Below are positions 1-10,595 of a stretch of 63,057 bases of DNA, one piece after another. The notes under the pieces were generated by a model. The model was not told the DNA's origin and ran no database searches. It was given only the letters and a program-made list of their open reading frames with translations. Within the stretch, counting starts at the first letter, position 1. Each line of letters starts with the position of its first letter. The translations under genes were made by a program, and so were the position numbers. Origin of the DNA: Octopus bimaculoides (Eukaryota); the NCBI RefSeq assembly GCF_001194135.2, contig NC_068983.1:158772339-158835395 (forward strand). Direction: 5' to 3'.

Positions 1-32
<32 letters not shown>

Positions 33-595
33 CAAACAATATGTGTGGGGCGCTCACACACATGCGAAAATTATTTTCATTTATATTAGGCGCTCTCGTC
101 TATTATCGGGCCATCTCATTATTGTTCTACCCTTAGGTTCCGCCAGTTGGCTCCGCTTGATGAACCCGTCTTACGATTTTTTCCTTCGACATTCTAATTG
201 CATGTTCTTAGTAATGTTGTTGAACCCTATCAATGCGGAGAAGAAGCTGCTCAATCCAGAGAGACTCATTGGTCTATGCAACTTCTCGTGTAAAGTTACT
301 CCAGAGATACTTTGAAGAGACCCTATTTCGACTGCTTGTATTCGCGATCATATTCTCTCGGTCATTACCCGATATTCATGACAGCAAGTGAAGGTAAACA
401 CAACATGAAAACTGAACTGAAGATTGCAAGTTTGATTTATTTTATTATCCTCTCCTCTTCTCACAATCGAATGCTGAAGCTGGCGCATTAGTGTGTTAGT
501 ACCGGCAATTTTATTATAATAGGTATATGAAGTACATATACATATAGATACATACATACATATATATACAGAGATACATACATACATATATATAC

Positions 596-1410
596 NNNNN
601 NNNNNNNNNNNNNNNNNNNNNNNNNNNNNNNNNNNNNNNNNNNNNNNNNNNNNNNNNNNNNNNNNNNNNNNNNNNNNNNNNNNNNNNNNNNNNNNNNNNN
701 NNNNNNNNNNNNNNNNNNNNNNNNNNNNNNNNNNNNNNNNNNNNNNNNNNNNNNNNNNNNNNNNNNNNNNNNNNNNNNNNNNNNNNNNNNNNNNNNNNNN
801 NNNNNNNNNNNNNNNNNNNNNNNNNNNNNNNNNNNNNNNNNNNNNNNNNNNNNNNNNNNNNNNNNNNNNNNNNNNNNNNNNNNNNNNNNNNNNNNNNNNN
901 NNNNNNNNNNNNNNNNNNNNNNNNNNNNNNNNNNNNNNNNNNNNNNNNNNNNNNNNNNNNNNNNNNNNNNNNNNNNNNNNNNNNNNNNNNNNNNNNNNNN
1001 NNNNNNNNNNNNNNNNNNNNNNNNNNNNNNNNNNNNNNNNNNNNNNNNNNNNNNNNNNNNNNNNNNNNNNNNNNNNNNNNNNNNNNNNNNNNNNNNNNNN
1101 NNNNNNNNNNNNNNNNNNNNNNNNNNNNNNNNNNNNNNNNNNNNNNNNNNNNNNNNNNNNNNNNNNNNNNNNNNNNNNNNNNNNNNNNNNNNNNNNNNNN
1201 NNNNNNNNNNNNNNNNNNNNNNNNNNNNNNNNNNNNNNNNNNNNNNNNNNNNNNNNNNNNNNNNNNNNNNNNNNNNNNNNNNNNNNNNNNNNNNNNNNNN
1301 NNNNNNNNNNNNNNNNNNNNNNNNNNNNNNNNNNNNNNNNNNNNNNNNNNNNNNNNNNNNNNNNNNNNNNNNNNNNNNNNNNNNNNNNNNNNNNNNNNNN
1401 NNNNNNNNNT
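596..1410. other. Assembly gap (others: 9056-9101, 12328-12749, 19204-19213, 46904-46913, 53315-53324)
   Basis: N runs, mostly flanked by microsatellites. Confidence 1.
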
Positions 1411-1665
1411 ATATATATATAATACAAATAATATGTGAGTATATGCATATATACGTACCTGTATGTACATACCTACATCTACATGTATATATAGATGCAT
1501 ATCTGGGTACAGGACGTTGCAAAAGAAAACGTGGACAAAATTATAAACAGAGCACAGAAAACACACAGGCCACATAGAGAACATTGTTCGTAATTTTTCA
1601 ACCGAAAGGCAAAAATATATACGTCAGTATTGCTAGAAATAAGAGTCAAAACAACTCATAACCAC

Positions 1666-1700
<35 letters not shown>

Positions 1701-3054
1701 CTCAGTCAAATGACGGCTATCAAGTCGAAACTTCGAAGTCATTGTCAACTCTATTCTCGTTATAGGCTAATGAATATGAACTATTGTTGAGTGATCCTTT
1801 AGTTTAATGTAAAAGTTGTTTTTTATTATAACAAAAACAAATATATGCATATATTTGCATGTATGTATGTATGTATGTATGTATGTACACATATACACGC
1901 GCTTGCGCACATATACATAACTGCTATCGCTCCAGCCAAGGTGGTGCTCCCGCATGACTGCAGTCAAATGAGTGAAAAGAGTAAAAGAATAAAAGAATAC
2001 ATACATACATACATAATTGCTTCATCTTGTCAGATGATAGTCGTCTCACAGTAAATAATAGTAAGACATTTGTACGTCACTGGATTTAAGTGACAAAAGC
2101 TTGTACAATACTTTTACCAGTATCTCTGTCGCCACAGTCGGTTCCAGTGGCAAGCATTGCAAGCTGACTGGTAACTATTTTGCCTGCAAGTTTTGTATCA
2201 GAATATCTTCTTCCTAGAAGAGTTGCCTCCCCAACGGCTTTATCAGAAATAAAGGGCGCTTCCTCTACCCTGGGGAAATCTATCTAACCCATAGATAGGA
2301 CCCCAACACGGTCTAATGTTTCAGGTCAGAACGGTCCAGGGAGTACGCTCCCCGTAACTCAAGAATTCCCGAACGGAAGCTTCCCACATACATACATACA
2401 TACATACATACATTTAGCACATAAATACATATGCATACGCCTAGACATGAAAATATATACATAAAAACGCATCCATAAAACAAACATACAAATCTGCGCA
2501 TACACTAACACCAAATACTGCACACACACACATATGCACAAATACCTAGATGATGTTGATAAAAGTTCCAATGAAGGAGCCTTGAATCTATGTTAGAGTC
2601 CGGCTCTTTCTCTATTGACAAGAAATACAGAAATGAAACTGATTGATAACATGCATACATATGCAAACTCAGTGCGAAGGGTTGATAAGTTGATCTGCGT
2701 TTCATATCGCACAATATGTTACATAAGAAAGTGGGGTGGGTTGTGAATAATTGTAAAATACATCCAAATTGCCATGACAGATAAAAATTAAGTGATGTGC
2801 CTGCTCCAACATTCGATCCTCACAAGATGAGTGGTTAGTAAAAAAGAAAACTAAACTTGCTATCGCCAATTCGATTTTCGTGCTTATCCGCACATATGGT
2901 CATGGATGTTGGGTAATGAACAACAAACGGCAAAATGGAGCTGCTCCGAAGGATCTTTAGAGAAACGTTTTTCGATAGGATGCGTAGTTTGGAGATCAGT
3001 GAGTCTCACCAAGTTGAGCCATGTCGAAGAAAATTTACGCTTACCAATTCCATA

Positions 3055-3200
3055 TAGGCGTTCTTCCGCTTTTGAAACGCCCTTGCCACTTGAAACATTG
3101 CATACGACAAGTTGCCTCGTCGCCGTATGTTGGCCGAAGCATGCTCAATGTTTCTGTAACAAACTACCTAAATTTAACGTAAAATTTCACGTTGGCCCTT
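3055..3200 (-). mobile_element. Mariner transposase N-terminal fragment
   Basis: Minus strand 3142-3059 reads MLRPTYGDEATCRMQCFKWQGRFKSGRT, matching the mariner HTH region (..YGD....R..CF.W..RFK.GR.). Confidence 0.65.
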
Positions 3201-3960
3201 TGTTCCCGTCCATGATGCCGTATCGTACCGTACTTATTATATCATGTATTATATATGTAATAATTAAATTATATATTATGCACTTTATTTGTTTTGCTAT
3301 GGCTGTGATCATCCAGGTCTGTGGGAAAATTGTCTTGCCTGAAACAGGTCTGAGGTGCCACAGAGATCCGGCTCAAATACTTGCAAGAGAGTGATATTCG
3401 CTAACGACAGTCAGGGTATCATGTGATGTGGTTAAACAAGGTGATTGATTGAGTCTACCAGGTGATTGATTAAGTTAGCGAGATTTGAACACATAATACG
3501 AACAGCCGGAAGAAATACCTTCAAGTTTTATTCTTTTTTTTATCCCCCGTTTCTTTGCGCTCTGAATTTAAATTTCCTTAGTTTCGCCTATCTACTGCCC
3601 TGAAATTGGTATTATTTTGTTTTTATCGACCCCCGAATTGCAAAACTTAGCACGCGAGATTTGAACTATGAACAAATAGTATAACCGGAAGAAATGCGGC
3701 GAGGTATTTTGTTTCGACTTCATTCCAGCTCTCTTGCAACTGCCAATTCGAAGTTTTAAAATATTAATTCATTGAACAAATTTAAATGTAGAATTGTTCT
3801 TGGTCATAATAAATCGTTCAAACCTAAGATTTAGTGAAAACTGTATCAAATCAATATTTCAAGCATTATATTAGATAGTTAATTATAATTGCGTGTTTGA
3901 TTACAATAGGTTATTGAAAGTGTGTGTGTGTGTGTGCGTGTGTGTTAATGAAATTTTTTC

Positions 3961-4380
3961 TTCTTTTACTTGTTTCAGTCATTTAACTGCGGCCATGATG
4001 GAGCTCCGCCTTAAAGGGTTTTAGTCGAAGAAATCGAACCCCAGGATTTATTCTTTGTAAGCCTAGTTCTTATTTTAACGAACCGCAAAGTCACGGGGAC
4101 GTAAACACACCAGCATCGGTCGTCAAGTGATGGTGGGGGACAAGCACAAACACAGACACACGCACAACTACATATATGTGTGCATGTGTGCGTGTGTGTG
4201 TGACGCGCGCGCGCCGTGTGTGTATACAACGGGCTTCTTTCAGTTTCCGTCTACCAAATCCACTCACAAGGCTTTGGTCGGCCTGAGGCTATAGTAGAAG
4301 ACATTGACCCAAGGTGTCACAGTGGGACTGAGCTCAGAACCATGTGGTTGGGAAGCAAGCATCTTGCCACACAGCCACGC
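3961..4380 (-). mobile_element. tRNA-derived SINE with an internal microsatellite (family C here)
   Basis: tRNA-like head at the right end (gtggctgtgtggcaagatgcttgc...), a ccttgggtcaatgtcttc CORE-like segment and a central (CA/TG) tract. Homologous to copies at 13938-14370 and 44850-46030. Confidence 0.75.
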
Positions 4381-4889
4381 TTGTGCCTACTGTTTAACAT
4401 ACGTTACAGTTATTTAGAAATGTTCATTATGTGCACTAATATGGAAATGCTTTGTATATCAATATCTTTTCAGACCACTATAACAAGATTTTGCGTTATT
4501 GAGACTGAATAATTCGTGAATATAAGGGAGATAATGTTGTTGTATAGTGACAAAAATTATATGTAGTTAGCTCCCTTTAATAACATTTTAGCTGTAATTA
4601 TTGCGAAATAGCATCCACGAGATTTACATTCTCTGTCACTATCATAATACTTCTTCATTGTCATAATCACTTCTTGTAATATTATGATCATCACAACACC
4701 TCATATTTTTCTCCTATATTCAGCTTCAATACTAAGTGAGAAATTGAATATGAATTTATTGCTACAGCATAAATATTCTACATTAAAATATAAGTCCAAA
4801 ACAGAAGAAAATATAATTATGAACGAAGAAAAAAAGACCCAAAACAGAACATCAATTCATCACTAAGTGCATCAATCAGACCAACACAA

Positions 4890-5400
4890 TAAGGGCCAAC
4901 GGAACTTATTGAAGCAAACTAACATGTTGGCGGCCTTACCGCAGGCGAGGACAAGGCTAAGGCGTTGGAACAGCCATGCACTCTCACAAGCGTCACCTGA
5001 CACCTCGGTAAGGCGAGCCGTCAACGATGATAAGAACTTCGCTGTCCGCGGCTCAGCTCCTCCAAACGTCTCAAACGCTACTGATTGGAAGAAATGTTTC
5101 ACTGACATACTTTAGGATTTGTTTCCTTTCGACTACGGAAGCAGAGACCCTCCCATTTACCCCAGCATCTAGGGTGTAGGAGGGAGCAAAGGAATAACTG
5201 ACTGTGGCGTCTCAAATGAAGCACTTGTTTCTTGCTGGACAGATAGACCGCTTAAATTGCGTGGGGTCTGATTTAGTTCAGACTCCCAAGTGGACAAAAA
5301 CTGAGAAGGGGTAATGAGCAGGAAGGCTAGTCTCACTCAGAAATGGGCCATGAGAAAACTATCCTTGAAAGTCATTCACTGAGGCTGCGACATCAGTGTT
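4890..5400 (-). mobile_element. CRE-clade non-LTR retrotransposon remnant (restriction-like endonuclease C-terminus)
   Basis: Minus strand reads ..NKCFI*DATVSYSFAPSY..ASVVERKQILKY.. then (frameshift) ..VAFETFGGAEPRTAKFLSSLTARLTEVSGDACESAWLFQRLSLVLACGKAANML. This matches the CRE pattern K.LIWDAT..DT.APS..E..K..KY..P.A.ET.G..FL..L..R...GD.RE..L.QR.S...QRGNAA. Confidence 0.75.
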
Positions 5401-5860
5401 TCATTGGCGGTGGCTAGGTGTAGTTCCTGTTTGTTGTTAGACGTGTTTTCTGCATCTCTTCTCTTTGATAGAGTTGCAGCCCTGATCAAGAGTAGTTGTG
5501 GCAGGGCGTCTGGTACCTAGAGTACCGTCAGATGCTCACAGCCACCAACCAGTCACGCAATGCAGTCAGTGGATGCTATGCTATGACGTAGATACGTAGA
5601 TGATTAGTGGTAAGAGCGTCAACACCCGCGGGTGAATTTCTGGGCCTTGATGAAAGTCAACTGTTGGTCTTTTCTGATATGATAAAAAAGAGATTGAGAA
5701 AAACGGTAATTCTACTCTGCGATAAAGATACGAGTCTCTGTTTAGGAAAACAGAGACTTGTATTTCATAGTTTTCGTGAGTATCGAGGCTTAGATTAGGC
5801 AAATTTGGGAGTTTGCTAAAAATGGTCCATCAACTGAAATATCTATTACAAAGTGACCGA

Positions 5861-6190
5861 AATGCAACGTATCTCAGTCCGGGTATATAAAATAGTTTGA
5901 TGTAAACCTTATCAGTTCAGGTTTTATCAGGAACAACAGCTGAAATCAATTTAGCCAAATACTTTGCTATGTTGTTGACTCTACTATTGACATTAGCAGA
6001 ATTTTTTTTTTCTTGTTATCCTTGCAATATGTCACAGTAAACAGCGATACAGTAAAACGATTTATACAATTCAGCGAATTTCCTGGTGCAAGAGCGGAGC
6101 ATTTCTTCAACACTCTTCCCGCAATTAAAAATTTAGGGTTGTCAATAAATCTGCGCTACGGTTAGTCATACGGTGGGGCAAGCACCATAT
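5861..6190 (+). mobile_element. hAT (DUF4371/Tip100-ZMYM-type) transposase remnant
   Basis: Degraded frame NATYLSPG...AKYFA..VDSTIDIS...TVKRFIQFSEF..AEHFFNTL..IKNLGLSINLRYG*SYGGASTI, matching NATYLS..IQNE..YF...D.T.DIS..ERF..F...GL......RGQSYDGAS.M. Confidence 0.75.
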
Positions 6191-6867
6191 AAAATGAAAT
6201 GTCTGATCTCCAAACAAATGTGCATTTCATTTAAATTTGGTTTTAATTGATACAGTAAGCTCCAATAGTCAAACCAAGTTGGGTTTTTTTTTTGGTTTTT
6301 TTTTTTGCTTGTGTGTTTTAATTAAAGAAATTCTCCAAAATTCAAGAGAAATCAAGAGTATTCGAGATAAAATTTAAGAGCAAAAGACTTTTTAAAAATT
6401 GAATTTTGATTTTAAATATAAAATAACTGCTATGCATTGTATTTTCCTTGTGTCTTGATTTAAGTAACTTCACACACAAAATAAACATCTACAGTAAGTT
6501 TAAAACAATTTGGTATGAGTCACAGTGTCTCTTTTCTCTACTTTAGAACCTGAATTAGAATCTGGCTACGCCACAGCACGGATTCTATGCTTTTGAAAGG
6601 TCATACAACTCAGCAAATTTTGAACTCAGTTCATTAACCCACACCACCATCACGACCACCATCACCACCACTGATTTCTTTGTGAGCATCCCACCCTCAT
6701 GGGTCCGTGGACCCCAATTTGGGAACTGCTGATATACTGCTTATCACTACTAAGACTGTCATTCCAGCATATAATGATTAGTCATTAAAATATGACAATC
6801 TCTCGCTACATGTCTTATAAATACGATTACATCTATTTCATGATATTTACATATTTGCCAGAACATA

Positions 6868-8281
6868 CAAGGGTCGGTTGAAAAGTTTATAAGCTGGCCG
6901 AGATACTCTCGTTGAATGTGACCAAATGAGGTTTATTTTTCAACATAGTCCCACTTGCGGTCCACACACTTCTTCAATCGGTGTGCAGTGCATTGGTGAA
7001 AAGGGCATCAACAGCAGACACGATGTTATTATCACCGCAATACTGGTTACTAGCCAAGTGTTTTTTCATGTTGGAGAACAGATGATAGCCAAATGGGGCT
7101 AAACCAGGAGAATAGAGAGGGTGATCAACCAGTTCAAAGCCACAGTCACGCACAGTAGCTATTGAAACCAAGGACTTGTGTGCTGGAACACTGTCCCGAT
7201 GAAACAAGACCCCTTTCATCAGTTTTCCTGGGCGTTTAGGCTTGATAGCCTTTCGTAATTACCTCAGCAAGTTGGCACAGCACTCTCCATTTGAAGCTAG
7301 TCGATAAACGCAATGCCTTTCGCATCCCAAAAAACTGAGACCATCACAATCCCTGCAGATGACATGACCTTGACCTTCTTTGGAGCAGATGAAAAAGAAT
7401 GTTTCCACTACAAGGATTGTCTCTTTGTCTCTGGCTCGAAGTGATGAACCCTACACTCATCATGGGTTAAGAAACGTTCAACTAGATCTTCCTCAAATAA
7501 TATCAGATTTTCCCGTGATGTGGTCAGCCTGGTGCGCTTTTGATCAGGTGTCAAAAGACATGGCACCCACCGAGCAGAAACTTTCTTCACGCCAAACTCA
7601 TTCTGCGGAATATTCTCAACTCTCTCACAAGATATGCTAATAGTATTAGCTATTTGATTTATAGCCAATCGCCTCTCGTCCATCAGCATGTGGTGAACAT
7701 GATCAATGTTTCCCTCGGTGGTTTGCAATTGCTGGACATCCACACCTTGAGTCATCTTCAAGACTCTCCCCTCCCTTCCTAAATTCAGTTGCCCACTTTT
7801 GCACTCTTGATAAAGCTGGAGCGTCATCCCCTAATACAGCAACCATGTCAGTATGAATGTCCTTGTGGGTTAAACCCTTTTCTGCTGGTACTTGATAACA
7901 CCACGATACCAAATATTGTCCATTTTCAAGAGAAGTCGCTACTAGTTACCGTATTTTAACGTGTATAAGGAACCCTTTTTTGTCAAAAATTAAGTTTAAA
8001 AAATAAAGGAGTTACATATATATGGATAGTATTATAATCCCTTAAAAAATATATTTTCCAAGTTTTAAGCCCCCAAAATTAGGGGGTTCCTTATACACGA
8101 AGGTTCTTTATCCACGTTAAAATACGGTACTTTTGAAGTGTTCTTTGAACAGTCTAATGTCAGTTTAGCTGGAAAGAAGCAATGTAGTTATCAATAAAAT
8201 TTGATATTAATGCATGCAAGATTTCACAATTCTAGTATCACTCCGTCATAGTCAGCCTATGAACTTTTCAGCCCACCCTCA
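6868..8281 (-). mobile_element. Near full-length decayed mariner element (irritans-like motifs), interrupted by a MITE
   Basis: TIRs: ta|caagggtcggttgaaaagtttataagctggcc and gtcagcctatgaacttttcagcccaccctca|ta. Frameshifted transposase fragments QKWATEFRKGGESLEDD, KKVSARWVPCLLTPDQK, THDECRVHHFEPETKRQS and HPLYSPGLAPFGYHLF. Confidence 0.93.
7949..8127. mobile_element. 179-bp MITE with TA target duplication (Tc2/Kanga-like CCGTATTT ends)
   Basis: Ends TA|ccgtattttaacgtgtataaggaacc ... ggttctttatccacgttaaaatacgg|TA; inserted in the mariner 5' region. Confidence 0.88.
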
Positions 8282-8594
8282 TATATTACAACTGGTGCTA
8301 GCATTGTTGAGATTTTTGTACGCTCTCAGAAAACTAACACCAGTACACCATAGAGTCGATTATGGGTTGGGGTATGTGTGCTGCGTCGTATCTGTGAGTT
8401 TAACTGTAATCAATTGCTTTCCAAGAGATGGCTTCCATTACATTGACCTGCTTTTGGCGCTATTGCTTGAAGATGAAATGTTTAATGGTGTTCTAACGAA
8501 CCTTTGGTTTTCGAGACATTTTTTTTTCATCCGGAACTGGGTGACAGTAAAACAGAACTTTGGCTGTCTATCATATCACACACACACACACACA

Positions 8595-8633
<39 letters not shown>

Positions 8634-9101
8634 GTCCTTGAGCTCCTGGTACCGATTCCAACATATAAGTGAACAGGGAAACGTAGAAGACAACGCCTTA
8701 GCGAGACTTTAAGTCAAGACCATAAGCTGATATTACAATACCATCTCTGCTCGGCTATTTCCTTTCAACACCTACATGATTATTTCATGTCTTGGAAAAG
8801 ATAACTGAAAGATTGCTAGAAGTGAACTGTTGTAAATTTGTGTGACACACAGGGAAATATCCAAATCATCCACTTGCCACACGCAAAGGTCAAAGCAGAA
8901 ATAATAGAACCACTTAGAAGTACTCAACACTTATAGTAACTTCAATACTCTTGATAAAAGGTTATACTGGAATCTGAAAAATGCATGTTAATTCCGATTT
9001 CTCCCTCTCTCCCTCTCTCCCTCTCTCCCTCTCTCCCTCTCTCCCTCTCCCTCTCNNNNNNNNNNNNNNNNNNNNNNNNNNNNNNNNNNNNNNNNNNNNN
9101 N

Positions 9102-9163
<62 letters not shown>

Positions 9164-9457
9164 GTCGCGCGCGTATTACACTAGTTGAGTGCACTGGACT
9201 TCAATGTTCACTTGCTTTTTCTTCTGTCACCTGGCATTCAGATTGTTTCAGCTGAAATACTTGGTCACTTAAGGACCTCTCGAAAATGTGCATGTGTATG
9301 TGTCTGGTCACTTGTGAGGTATCTTAAGGGCGCTACTACTAACGTGGAATCCTGTAGAACCCGATGCATGGTCCAATCGTCACTGACTAAACCGGTTCCC
9401 CTACTAGGCTTCCCTGGTGAGGGGGCATTGCTAGAAATTCTGCAGGGCTAAAAATAA

Positions 9458-9799
9458 AAGGTAAAGACCCCTTTCGGTCATGAATGACCATGGTATTGCA
9501 CCTAGAAAGTTACCCTTCGAGGCACAAGTCCGGGTAAGGTGGTTTATGAAAAACCAGCAATCGCCCATGCATACCGGTCTCCCCTCTCCATGTCACCCGT
9601 GTTATCCAAGGGAAAGGCAAAGGGGCCGATACAGCTTAGCACCAGTGACGTCATAACTAATTTCTGCAGATGAGTGAACTGGAGCAACGTGAAATAAAGT
9701 GTCTTGCTCAAGAACACAATACACAGCCTGAGCCAAAAATCGAAGTCACTCTTATGATTGTAAGCCCGACGCTCAAACCACTGAGTTATGCGCCTTCAC
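9458..9799 (-). mobile_element. tRNA-derived CORE-type SINE
   Basis: Head gtgaaggcgcataactcagtggtttgagcgtcggg. CORE-like gtgttcttgagcaagacactttatttcacgttgctccagttcactcatctg. 14-bp TSD with one mismatch, agg(g/a)ctaaaaataa, at 9444-9457 and 9800-9813. Confidence 0.8.
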
Positions 9800-10165
9800 A
9801 GGACTAAAAATAAGACCTGTCAAAAGGATGGATGGTGCTAGTGTTTGCTCAGCAACTATCTAGCAACTAAACAGACTCTCAGAAATTCTCACATTCCTAA
9901 GCCTGCAAACCATATTGGCACTGGCTATCTTGACCTGGCTTGTCTTTGGATCATGTCAGTAGGTTGAAGAGGGCCTGTGAGGTATTGTGCAAGCCTTTTT
10001 AGACCCAAAATTTAAGATTCCACGACGTTCATGGAAGCTGCAAAAGCGAACCCGGGGGAAGCTGACTGTTGGTGCCCATAACCTCATGTAATGGCATTGC
10101 TGACATTTTGCATGGGCAATGGTCAGTTATAATCTTCCTGGTTACGAGTGGACAGTCATCATCAT

Positions 10166-10189
10166 AGACAGACAGACAGACAGACAGAC

Positions 10190-10246
<57 letters not shown>
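10166..10246. repeat. (GACA)n(GATA)n compound microsatellite
   Basis: Directly visible tetranucleotide array. Confidence 0.97.
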
Positions 10247-10518
10247 TGAATCAAACTATAAAGTGTTATAGAGTCATTTCAGCCGATCTTACCAATCGGT
10301 TTCTCACTGGATATTAAATAACTGGATATTAGACAAGAGCATGGTTAAGTCACATCACATGTTTTTCAGCTGATTATCCCATAACACGTATATTTGAAAC
10401 GTTGAACAACGAAAGCACTTATATACACAATACGAAAATTTCGTTCCAAAAGTTTCGTGTCATTCTGTTTTACAAAAGTTTTTTTTTAAATAGTAAAAAT
10501 TTTTAAAGAAAATCTTAC

Positions 10519-10521
<3 letters not shown>

Positions 10522-10590
<69 letters not shown>
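10522..10590. repeat. (CA)n microsatellite
   Basis: About 34 perfect CA units. Confidence 0.97.

Positions 10591-10595
<5 letters not shown>

Noticed and set aside
378-499. Possible signal-peptide exon (MKTELKIASLIYFIIL...)
   Set aside because: The ATG frame stops after 28-37 codons; the attractive SQSNAEAGALV reading is in another frame with no ATG.
348-1584. Long ORFs of 344-366 aa (also 12275-12926 and 8981-9194)
   Set aside because: Made almost entirely of N-gap X residues and microsatellite translations.
2085-2380. 65-codon open frame on the minus strand (IDFPRVEEAPFISDKAVGEATLLGRRY...)
   Set aside because: No convincing splice sites or start, it overlaps what looks like a decayed interspersed repeat, and no recognisable domain.
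6038-6160. Apparently perfect 123-nt phase-1/1 exon (NSDTVKRFIQFSEFPGARAEHFFNTLPAIKNLGLSINLRY)
   Set aside because: The reading continues through both supposed splice sites as a hAT transposase (VDSTIDIS upstream; G*SYGGAS, equivalent to GQSYDGAS, downstream), so it is a transposon fossil.
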